The notes beneath the pieces are model-generated. The model saw only the letters and a program-made list of their open reading frames with translations, had not been told where the DNA came from and did not search any database. A program made the translations under genes and the position numbers. From Candidatus Saccharimonadales bacterium (GTDB lineage Bacteria; Patescibacteriota; Saccharimonadia; Saccharimonadales; Saccharimonadaceae): a stretch of 29,054 nucleotides of DNA. Below, piece by piece: positions 1-7,516 of this stretch (position 1 is the stretch's first letter; the number at the start of each line of letters is the position of its first letter). Where the stretch lies: positions 1 to 29,054 of the forward strand of contig JASLCR010000007.1 in assembly GCA_030145955.1 (NCBI GenBank), in the 5' to 3' direction.

Positions 1-998
1 TTGGTAATCGTACGGTCGTCCACTTTTATTGAGTCAGTATTGTTATACGTAGAATTTGCGGTAATCACTCCCTTGTCGAGCCCTGTGGCTACCGTGAAAG
101 TTTTCATAACCGAGCCAGGCTCATACGGTGTTGTAATAATTGCGTTATTAAATGCAGCGGCATCTGTTACCGAGGTAAATTTCTCGGGATTATAGGTTGG
201 TAAGTTAGCCATCGCAAGCACCTTACCGGTTTGCGGATCCATCACAAGCGCACTTCCATTAGTTGCACCGATCTTCTTCATTTGCTGGGCAAGGGTTTTC
301 TGCGTATACGCCTGTACATTCCGATCAATTGAAAGTACGATATTCTTGCCATCTTGCTTTGCCACACGAGTGCTATTGTTACCAATGGTAAGTGGCACAT
401 TGCGAACATCAGTCACCGAACGCAGCATGCCGTCTTTACCACGTAGCTGATCGTCAAGTGCTTCTTCAACACCATACTGCCCTTTATCTTCTGCATTAAC
501 AAACCCAAGTGTCTGAGCAGCGAGCGAAGCCTCTGGATAAACTCGACGCGTCGCCTCTTGCAGACCAACTCCAGCAATGCGCTTATCACGAAGCATTTCC
601 GCCTGCTTGCGTGAGAGATTTTTAGCTATAATTCGGTATCGGTACGGCTTATCACGAACGAGCTTCTCAATGCCGTTCTCCGTTGTACCACCAGCAATCT
701 CGCGTACCGCTTTTACGACCGCATCTGGATCTTTCACCTCAACCGGATCAGCAAATACAGTATAGACATTCTCATTAAGCACCATTTTAACGGGGGTGCC
801 GTTATCAAGGGCGTATATCTCGCCGCGTTTTGCATGGATGACAAGACTTTTAACCTGCTCACTTTCAGCTTTTTTAACATACGCACCATGTTTAATGATC
901 TGTAAATCAAAAAGACGAGCCACAAACAATAGCATCACAATACCAAGAAACCAGATTAAGATCCGGATGCGATTGTGAGGAGTTGCGGCGTCTATCAT
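1..998 (-). CDS. ftsI: Class B penicillin-binding protein (FtsI/PBP2-like), 5' part; runs off the left edge
   Basis: Translated by hand from ATG at 998: MIDAATPHNRIRILIWFLGIVMLLFVARLFDLQI..KRGEIY..RSYPEASLAAQTLGFV..GQYGVE..YEPGSVMKTF (SxxK catalytic motif near 100-125). Follows rsmH/ftsL. Absent from the ORF track because no stop codon lies in the window. Confidence 0.9.
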   Translation of the reverse strand, partial: MIDAATPHNRIRILIWFLGIVMLLFVARLFDLQIIKHGAYVKKAESEQVKSLVIHAKRGEIYALDNGTPVKMVLNENVYTVFADPVEVKDPDAVVKAVREIAGGTTENGIEKLVRDKPYRYRIIAKNLSRKQAEMLRDKRIAGVGLQEATRRVYPEASLAAQTLGFVNAEDKGQYGVEEALDDQLRGKDGMLRSVTDVRNVPLTIGNNSTRVAKQDGKNIVLSIDRNVQAYTQKTLAQQMKKIGATNGSALVMDPQTGKVLAMANLPTYNPEKFTSVTDAAAFNNAIITTPYEPGSVMKTFTVATGLDKGVITANSTYNNTDSIKVDDRTIT

Positions 999-1002
999 AT
1001 GC

Positions 1003-1347
1003 CTATTGGATGTTATGTGTTTCTTTGGGCTCTGTCATATTTTTTGCAACCGAGCTTGACTCAACCGCTTCCAGCGCAGTAAGCCTTGCGTTTTCCACTT
1101 CAAGATCAGTCTTTTGACTTGCGAGCGATTCAATCTTATTCTCAATACCTTGCGCCTGATAGTCATAGGTGGTCGCTTTCGTCGCTTGCGTAAGATAAAT
1201 CAAGCCCAGCACTGTAATCATCAGAGCAACAAGCACTGTATGAGTCACGGGGCCAAGTTTGATACTTGAAGCAAATGCTACAGTATTTTGGTTTCGGTTC
1301 CAGTTTTGCTGACGTCGATTGTACGTCGTAGGTCGTTGATATGTCAT
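1003..1347 (-). CDS. FtsL-like bitopic cell division protein
   Basis: Cytoplasmic N-terminus, one TM helix (TVLVALMITVLGLIYL), then coiled coil (IENKIESLASQKTDLEVENARL); canonical position between rsmH and ftsI. Start moved to ATG 1347 because the longer ORF start lies inside an RNA hairpin. Confidence 0.7.
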   Translation of the reverse strand: MTYQRPTTYNRRQQNWNRNQNTVAFASSIKLGPVTHTVLVALMITVLGLIYLTQATKATTYDYQAQGIENKIESLASQKTDLEVENARLTALEAVESSSVAKNMTEPKETHNIQ

Positions 1348-1505
1348 GTGGTGGTTTGTTTTTGTTTTATATTCGTTTGCTTGGTGGTGGCGAGTTTTCA
1401 CTCGCCACCCGTAGTCAGACTATTTCAGGCGAACCTGAACTTGTGTTACGACTGACTGATTTTGTACTGGGATGTGAATTGGCATTCCATTCCCCTTCCT
1501 TGTTT
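1348..1505 (-). ncRNA. Structured intergenic/5' leader RNA between rsmH and the ftsL-like gene
   Basis: Minus strand: bulged hairpin GGGAAUGGAAU-GCCA-AUUCACAUCCC (1469-1494); stem AGUCAG/CUGACU (1413-1457) enclosing UUCAGG-UUCG-CCUGAA; perfect 10 bp GGUGGCGAGU-GAAA-ACUCGCCACC (1386-1409); then an A/C-rich tract up to ATG. Confidence 0.6.
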
Positions 1506-2399
1506 TTATTTTTTCACGGCGACTCGCAGCTTTGCGCTGCGCGAACGCGGATTGTGAACATCATCAGTTGCTCCTGAAAGAGGTTTTTTGGTAATGATCG
1601 ATAACTCGGCTTCGTAACCATCTGCTATCTGATCAGCGAAATACTGCTTGACGAGCCTATCTTCAAGACTATGAAAGCTAATAACTCCTACCCTTCCTCC
1701 TTTATTAAGAAGTTTCGGCAAAAGCGGCAGCACGTCTTGAACTTGTTTCAGTTCGTCGTTTACCTCGATACGGAGAGCTTGAAAGGTGCGCGTCGCCGGA
1801 TGGATTCTTCCTCGCGGTCGACGATTCATTGCTTGAATAAGTGATGCCAGTTGCTCGGTTGTGTGCAGCGGCCTAGCTGCAACAATCTCCTTTGCAATTC
1901 GCTTTGCCTGACCAAAAGGTTCTTCTCCGTAGCGTGCAATGATCTGCGCTAACTCAGCTTCGCTGTAGTTGTTAACGATATCTTCTGCTCGTTTCTCCTG
2001 TCTCCGATCCATTCTCATATCGAGTGGACCATCTGACTGGAAAGAAAAACCTCGATCAGCCTTATCAAGCTGTGGTGACGACACCCCCAGATCCGCCAAG
2101 ATAAGATCAAAACGTCTACCCTCTTCGATCAGCTGATAAGCAGCGGTCACGAAATCGGCGGAACGAATCTGAGCTCCTTTGGCTTGTAGATTCTCTAAAT
2201 GACCGAGTGTATTTTCATCTCGGTCAACAAGAACAGAATCCTTATAGTTACCAGTTTTTTCGAGAAACGCTGTAGCGTGACCACCGTACCCAGCAGTGAG
2301 ATCTAAATAGCTCTCACTCTTGGTAGGTGCCATAACCTGAAGCGTTGCATCGAGTAAAACCGGAACATGGATACGTGGTGGATGTTCTTTGATACTCAT
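1506..2399 (-). CDS. rsmH: 16S rRNA m4C1402 methyltransferase RsmH (MraW)
   Basis: HVPVLL, DLTAGYGGH, DLGVSSPQLD..RGFSF, PLDMRMD, HPATRTFQALRIEVN, ISFHSLEDR and NPRSRSAKLR motifs. Confidence 0.98.
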   Translation of the reverse strand: MSIKEHPPRIHVPVLLDATLQVMAPTKSESYLDLTAGYGGHATAFLEKTGNYKDSVLVDRDENTLGHLENLQAKGAQIRSADFVTAAYQLIEEGRRFDLILADLGVSSPQLDKADRGFSFQSDGPLDMRMDRRQEKRAEDIVNNYSEAELAQIIARYGEEPFGQAKRIAKEIVAARPLHTTEQLASLIQAMNRRPRGRIHPATRTFQALRIEVNDELKQVQDVLPLLPKLLNKGGRVGVISFHSLEDRLVKQYFADQIADGYEAELSIITKKPLSGATDDVHNPRSRSAKLRVAVKK

Positions 2400-2407
2400 G
2401 AATATAG

Positions 2408-2416
2408 ATTATACCA
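2408..2416 (-). promoter_or_regulatory. Extended -10 promoter of rsmH
   Basis: TGGTATAAT 8 nt upstream of ATG; the same GCTGGTATAATC precedes glyQS (15228-15239). Confidence 0.7.
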
Positions 2417-2464
2417 GCCCTTAAGGCTATGAGCACTACGTGCGAGCTTTAGGGGGTGGAAGCG

Positions 2465-2748
2465 CCAGATCGAATCACTTCGGATCTGGTACGGAGAGCA
2501 GCGCCCTCCTTCTATAATCATTCGAGATCACCTACCCTGGCACTATGTCTGTGTTTGTTTTCGCAAGGTGTGTTTGTTTTTGTAATAAGTTGTCTCTACG
2601 GATGGACCGCGTTGCGATTCATAAGATGTAGAGATTGAGAGACTTATGTGTGAGGTGGAGTTTTTGGGAGGTGTGTTTTAAGGAAGGTACGCCTAGGCTT
2701 TTAAAGTGGTCTAGGTTTCCACACATAGTACCAGGTAGGTAATCTCGA
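2465..2748 (-). ncRNA. Putative structured RNA in the mraZ-rsmH spacer (multi-branched domain 2522-2748 plus two downstream hairpins)
   Basis: Long-range arms 2720-2748 and 2522-2553 pair with G-U wobbles only on the minus strand; inner stems 2585-2647 and 2692-2715; hairpins 2493-2509 and 2465-2489 (GUGA GNRA loop). Confidence 0.65.
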
Positions 2749-2759
2749 GGTTTTAATTT

Positions 2760-3119
2760 TTAATGTGCAACAATTCTGAAATAGCTACCGACTCGAATCG
2801 CAGCGACCTCACGGTCAATATGTGCAAATTCAAGTTGTGCCTGTTTCAGTGTCACTCGGCCCTGCTTCTGATCCAGCTCAGCTTCAGTCTTACCCATTCG
2901 AAAACGTACGCTGAGATCAGCAACGTGCTCATCAAGGAGACTTCCCTCAAGCTCAGGCTCAATCTTGGTTTCCCAGACGTCCTTTGGATAGAGGTGCAAG
3001 TAGTCACCAAATCCTTTGGTGATCACTACCCCACTTTGAAATTCCTCGCGAAGTTCGACCGGTATTGTCAGTCTGTTTTTGTCGTCGAGTTTTCGTGTGA
3101 AGTAGTCTACTTTTACCAT
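2760..3119 (-). CDS. mraZ: Division/cell wall cluster transcriptional repressor MraZ (short form)
   Basis: Two SpoVT-AbrB-like repeats with DxxxR motifs (LDDKNRLTIP, LDQKQGRVTL); located upstream of rsmH. Confidence 0.9.
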   Translation of the reverse strand: MVKVDYFTRKLDDKNRLTIPVELREEFQSGVVITKGFGDYLHLYPKDVWETKIEPELEGSLLDEHVADLSVRFRMGKTEAELDQKQGRVTLKQAQLEFAHIDREVAAIRVGSYFRIVAH

Positions 3120-3169
3120 AGCGGTTTAGAGTGGTGGATTTAATTTGCTGTGGTGTTTGTTTTTCGCTT

Positions 3170-3226
3170 ACCCACTGCTCATAGTCTACACTCCACATTT
3201 ACCCACTGCAACCCCCATTTTTACAC
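3170..3226 (-). promoter_or_regulatory. mraZ promoter with MraZ-type operator repeats
   Basis: Minus-strand hexamers at a 10 bp period: GTGTAA(3226), GGGGGT(3216), GTGGGT(3206), GTGGAG(3196); -10 TAGACT at 3183-3188; another GTGGGT at 3170-3175. Matches the known TGGGN/GTGG MraZ repeats. Confidence 0.75.
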
Positions 3227-3261
3227 TTTTTCATAAATCTGCTACTTTTCCACAGATTTGG

Positions 3262-3300
3262 GGAAAAACAACACCCCTTCTATTCGAAGGGGTGTTGTTT
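3262..3300 (-). terminator. Intrinsic terminator
   Basis: AAACAACACCCCTTC-gaata-GAAGGGGTGTTGTTTTT, downstream of the 3321-3527 ORF. Confidence 0.8.
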
Positions 3301-3320
3301 AGTCGAGGATCGTGCGTCAA

Positions 3321-3527
3321 CTAACGACCGAGAAGGAACCCGGCCAAGGCATCATCATACTGGGTGGTGATACGGAGTGTTACCCAGAGACATACGACAA
3401 ATAAGTTGATAAGAAGCGATACGATCAGTATCGCTGCCACTAAATCAATTGTCGTCCCCAGACTCTCCCTTGTTGATTGTTTTGAAGCTTTTTTCTTGGC
3501 CGGTGATGTTGTAGGCGCTTTTTTCAT
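3321..3527 (-). CDS. Small single-TM membrane protein
   Basis: Basic N-terminus plus hydrophobic helix; TGGTAGTAT 8 nt before ATG 3527; followed by a terminator. Confidence 0.7.
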   Translation of the reverse strand: MKKAPTTSPAKKKASKQSTRESLGTTIDLVAAILIVSLLINLFVVCLWVTLRITTQYDDALAGFLLGR

Positions 3528-3587
3528 ATAGCCCAATACTACCACAGGCGTAGAATAACCTCAAGCAATTTGTTATCCAGTGGAAGC

Positions 3588-4844
3588 TTAGCTTTTTTGT
3601 ATTTTTTTCAATAGCTTACCCCACCATACCGCACTTGGACGAACTGTTCGCTCAAGTGTCTTTGGGTCAACCGATGCCAGTCCGAAGTTTGGCCATGAGC
3701 CATGCGCCCATTCAAAGTTATCCAGCAGACTCCAGTGAAAATAACCACGCACATCCACCCCTTCCGCCAAGGCGCGCTGCAGCGCTGCCATCGACGAAGC
3801 AATCCACCATTTTCTCATCATGTCGTTACTATCAGCCAAGCCATTTTCGGTCACGATAAGCGGCAGCTTATACTTTCGATAAAGCCGCTCGAGTACGTAC
3901 TCAAGATGATCTGGATGCATATCCCAGCCAAGATCGCTGAGCTGCTGATCTTCATTGTGTATGCGATATCCGTAAAAACGACTCGAGAAATAGTAATTTA
4001 CCCCTATAAAGTCACATGTGCGATATATTCGCTTCAGCATATAATCATCAACGATGTACTGCCAGATACTTGCAGATATACGAGAAAGTAACGCGTCATC
4101 ACCAGGATAAACATATGTAGAATTATCTGCGATCGATACTTTATAGCGACGATTTATGTCGTGTATAAGACGTGCCGCCTTGTTATGCGCATATATAAGA
4201 TTTTTTAGAACTCGCCAGGCAAGCCACTTTGACGATTTCATCGGCGGCCATGTCTGCTTGATATAACCTTCTGTTACATACACCTGCGGCTCATTAATGG
4301 TGATAATGTACTTTATTTCCCTACCAAGCTCAGAAATCACTTTCTCAACAAAACGTAAAAAATATTTCACATTACGTCGCTTCTCGAATCCGCCCATTTC
4401 AACGAACCAAATGGGCAACGTAAAGTGAAAGAGTGTCATCATAGGCTCAATGCCCATTTTCTTTAGTGCCTCAATATAGCGACGATAATGTTCAATTGCC
4501 GCGACATCCCACGCACCCTCCGTCGGCTCAATACGCGACCACTCAATACTAAAGCGATATGCGTTCAGATTGAGTGCAGCAAGTAGCTTAAAATCTTCTT
4601 CATATCGATCAAAATGATTTACCGCCTTGCCTGATTTAAAATTTTCAGGCTTGCTAGCATGATCTGCAATATCTGACCAGGCAGTAAGATCGTGATAGTG
4701 ATATTCAGCCTGCGCTGATTTTGTCCGGGCATTCTCATGCTCCCAAACAGTCCACTGATTCTTAGTGTTCCCTTCAACTTGATGTGCGCTTGTTGCTGCG
4801 CCCCAGAGAAAACGTTTCGGAAATGGTGTCGGTTTCTGCGACAT
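3588..4844 (-). CDS. Glycoside hydrolase family 1 (beta-glucosidase-like)
   Basis: FLWGAATSAHQVEG, YRFSIEWSRIEP, TINEP (acid/base), IVTENG (nucleophile), WSLLDNFEW. Confidence 0.96.
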   Translation of the reverse strand: MSQKPTPFPKRFLWGAATSAHQVEGNTKNQWTVWEHENARTKSAQAEYHYHDLTAWSDIADHASKPENFKSGKAVNHFDRYEEDFKLLAALNLNAYRFSIEWSRIEPTEGAWDVAAIEHYRRYIEALKKMGIEPMMTLFHFTLPIWFVEMGGFEKRRNVKYFLRFVEKVISELGREIKYIITINEPQVYVTEGYIKQTWPPMKSSKWLAWRVLKNLIYAHNKAARLIHDINRRYKVSIADNSTYVYPGDDALLSRISASIWQYIVDDYMLKRIYRTCDFIGVNYYFSSRFYGYRIHNEDQQLSDLGWDMHPDHLEYVLERLYRKYKLPLIVTENGLADSNDMMRKWWIASSMAALQRALAEGVDVRGYFHWSLLDNFEWAHGSWPNFGLASVDPKTLERTVRPSAVWWGKLLKKIQKS

Positions 4845-4848
4845 ATCT

Positions 4849-5901
4849 CTATCTAGTATATAGCAAAAGTAGTGGAACTAGCACATAGAGAGCAGCAAAT
4901 GCCCATGCAATGACTGTAATTGGCCTGATGCCTTGCCGTAGCTGTTTTGATGCTGACAGCGTTTGCACAGTTTCTTGTTCATCGGCATAGAGTCGCGTAC
5001 GAAGATTCATTTTAGCGCCAATCACATCAATAATATGGAATAATCGCTCCATCGTAGCTTTATCGCTAAGATCAAACTGCTTCGAGGAATAGACGTATAT
5101 TCTATCCTTAACAACCTCCACATCAAAATCAGCTACATTATCTATAAGTAGTGCCATCAAATCAGGCGTGAAAACATAGAGAGCATCGTGCTCATACTCT
5201 TTTGGCGCATACAGTGTAAAGTATTGGTCAAAATTTCCCTCTAAAGAAAGTACTTGATCCTTTTTGAGCCTTACGGGCAAATTACTTGCACCCAATCGCG
5301 ATAAAACAGAGTTATTACTCTTGGCATCAAGTACTATATTTGGCATATCGCGCTCAAGCGCAATACTTATATACCCCCACTTATGGTCTTGTGATATTCT
5401 ATCGTACCGCACCCTAAACCAGCAATTGCCTATTTCAAATGGAGAATTCTCACCCTTAGTTGAGATAGTATCGCTTGTGACTAGACTACTCACGTCGTCA
5501 AGTCCAAACAAAAAGCCTTCCCGTACATGTTTGCCTGGTGCGTTAAAGGTAAAATTATTCTCCGCAATAAATAGATTACGTCGCGTACGTTTTATGAGCG
5601 CCCGTCGTTCACTTGGCATCCCAATTAACCATCCTATGACTAAGATCAATAACGCAGAACGAATGAAAGCAACAATTCCTGCAACACTCACGTTAAGGCC
5701 CATAAGTACAGTCAGTATTGCTGTATCAACCACGAAAGTTGCAGGCAGTACGACAAGAAACAGAAAAAGAATTATCAATACCTGAAGTGTCCCTACATCA
5801 CTTACGCGAGTATGTAGAAAATTGTACTTGATCATTTTCTTGTATGCTGCGACTTCCGCATTTGTAATCGGGCGTGTTAGTGCAGAGTAGTTAATACGCA
5901 T
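4849..5901 (-). CDS. Membrane protein with 2 N-terminal TMs, soluble DUF3137-like domain and C-terminal TM
   Basis: Hydropathy pattern; LEGNFDQYFTLYAP..ALYVFTPDLMALL signature of DUF3137-like proteins. Confidence 0.6.
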   Translation of the reverse strand: MRINYSALTRPITNAEVAAYKKMIKYNFLHTRVSDVGTLQVLIILFLFLVVLPATFVVDTAILTVLMGLNVSVAGIVAFIRSALLILVIGWLIGMPSERRALIKRTRRNLFIAENNFTFNAPGKHVREGFLFGLDDVSSLVTSDTISTKGENSPFEIGNCWFRVRYDRISQDHKWGYISIALERDMPNIVLDAKSNNSVLSRLGASNLPVRLKKDQVLSLEGNFDQYFTLYAPKEYEHDALYVFTPDLMALLIDNVADFDVEVVKDRIYVYSSKQFDLSDKATMERLFHIIDVIGAKMNLRTRLYADEQETVQTLSASKQLRQGIRPITVIAWAFAALYVLVPLLLLYTR

Positions 5902-5904
5902 AAA

Positions 5905-7428
5905 TTACCGTACTATATCCTCACCAAAGTGTTTCTGAAGACGCATCTTTATGCTGCCCTCATGTCGACCCAGCTTATCTGAAAGTTTCTTCAGGTTAGT
6001 GCCATTTTGAAAATCCTGCTTGAGTGTTGCATCATCTTGATTTGTCCATGGCCGATAGGCGTTTGGATAAGTTTCGCGCATTTTCGCAATCTTATCAGCC
6101 CACGATGATCCAGAAATTTTCTTTTTTGGTGGCATTGCTTTACGCTTTTCAGCCTCTTTCTCAAGATGGGCAAATTTATCTTTCGCCTCATCTGACTGGT
6201 GACGCAGTAATTCATCGATTTCAAGTGCATCGCGGCTCACGCGCAACGCCATCTGATTAATGCCACGAAGATATAAACTATTAATATTTTTTACTCGTGA
6301 CAACGCAACGTACCCCATGCCTTCAACAAAAGCCTTCCTCAGGTCGACCACCGCTCCATCAAGTGTCATACCCTGACTCTTATGAACGGTAATTGCCCAG
6401 GCTAGCCTCAGCGGTATTTGTGTAATACTTGCACGCTTTTTATCTCCATCACGCAGCTCCCACGTATCGGGTTCAACTGTCACTTCCCTGCCACTACGAA
6501 ATTCTACGACTGGATAATCACTCCCTGGCTCAAACGCAACCACCTGGCCAATACTGCCATTAGCGTACTTTTTGTCTGGGCTGTTTTTCACTGCCATTAC
6601 CAGTGCACCGATCTTAAGACGCAAGACCGCTGGAGCCAGCACTGAGCGCTGTAAGTTCTCAACGTAGTTGGCAGCTCCAGTGGTAGTCTGCTCAAAGCTT
6701 ACTTCTTCACCTTCTAGTTCAGTAAGACGATGGTCATTAATTTTATCGACGTCAATATTAACGGTATGGAGCTCGGTGAGGTTGTGGTCGTCGTCAAGCA
6801 CCACATCAACACGCTCCAATAGTTGCTCAGCGTGGCGTCGACGTACATCACCGGCACGAAATGCGTCTAATATCTCATTTAATACGTCGTCGTTTTCTTG
6901 ACGATGCTGCTCACCTAAGTAACAAATCGTCGGAGCAAGCTCACGCCATGCATGAGAATTCACCACGAATCCCCCCTCTCTTGAGTCGCCACGATTAATA
7001 GGTGGGAGCTGGAAGAAATCACCACTCATCACCACCTGAATACCACCAAACGGCAGATCTGGCTGTTTGCGGATCAAGCGACAGGCTTCGTCGACCATAT
7101 CAAGGCGGTAGTCGTGCAACATTGAAATCTCATCAATCACCAGCACATCTGTTTTCTCAATAATTTCCCGACGACCTTTACTAATGCTATCCATAAAATG
7201 AGCCGGCAAATCATCATGAATTCCTATTCCACTCCAGCTATGAATTGTTGTGCCGCCCAAATGCGTCGCAGCTAGCCCGGTTGTTGCGGTCACCGAAACA
7301 TATTTGCCCTCATGCTTCGCCAACTTAATAAACTGATTCAACACATAGGTCTTCCCACTTCCGGCGGCGCCAGTCAAAAAAACGTGCTGGCCAGATAGCA
7401 TAATCTCAAGTGCAAGAGTTTGTTTCAT
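5905..7428 (-). CDS. Pif1-family SF1B DNA helicase with C-terminal HTH/Myb-like domain
   Basis: GAAGSGKT, TATTGLAA, DEISM, PFGGIQVVMSGDFFQLPP, AWAITVHKSQGMTL, YVALSR; C-terminal AYRPWT..D..L..LSDKLGRHEGSIKMRL. Confidence 0.92.
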   Translation of the reverse strand: MKQTLALEIMLSGQHVFLTGAAGSGKTYVLNQFIKLAKHEGKYVSVTATTGLAATHLGGTTIHSWSGIGIHDDLPAHFMDSISKGRREIIEKTDVLVIDEISMLHDYRLDMVDEACRLIRKQPDLPFGGIQVVMSGDFFQLPPINRGDSREGGFVVNSHAWRELAPTICYLGEQHRQENDDVLNEILDAFRAGDVRRRHAEQLLERVDVVLDDDHNLTELHTVNIDVDKINDHRLTELEGEEVSFEQTTTGAANYVENLQRSVLAPAVLRLKIGALVMAVKNSPDKKYANGSIGQVVAFEPGSDYPVVEFRSGREVTVEPDTWELRDGDKKRASITQIPLRLAWAITVHKSQGMTLDGAVVDLRKAFVEGMGYVALSRVKNINSLYLRGINQMALRVSRDALEIDELLRHQSDEAKDKFAHLEKEAEKRKAMPPKKKISGSSWADKIAKMRETYPNAYRPWTNQDDATLKQDFQNGTNLKKLSDKLGRHEGSIKMRLQKHFGEDIVR

Positions 7429-7516
7429 TACCTCTTATTGTACCATCTGTGCACGTTGCGCTTTTGCTTTAGTGCTATACTGAACATATAAAAGTTAATG
7501 TGAGATGAGAGGGATT

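Noticed and set aside
1386..1494. tRNA, tmRNA, SRP or RNase P identity for the structured spacers
   Set aside because: No cloverleaf with T-loop/CCA and no recognisable SRP, RNase P or tmRNA consensus motifs.
2456..2638. 60 aa plus-strand ORF, and short minus-strand ORFs (35 aa MCGNL.., 8 aa MNRNAVHP) in the mraZ-rsmH spacer
   Set aside because: No RBS or promoter support and no recognisable protein features; the sequence is better explained by RNA pairing.
2522..2748. MITE/IS with terminal inverted repeats
   Set aside because: No target-site duplication or transposase; the differences between arms are strand-specific G-U wobbles and bulges. Not fully excluded without a genome-wide search.
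1348..3167. CRISPR array or tandem repeat from the GTTTGTTTT copies
   Set aside because: Copies are short, irregularly spaced and separated by genes; no cas genes.
3570..3582. TTATCCAGT DnaA-box-like site / possible oriC
   Set aside because: Two mismatches, no box cluster or unwinding element, and no dnaA nearby.
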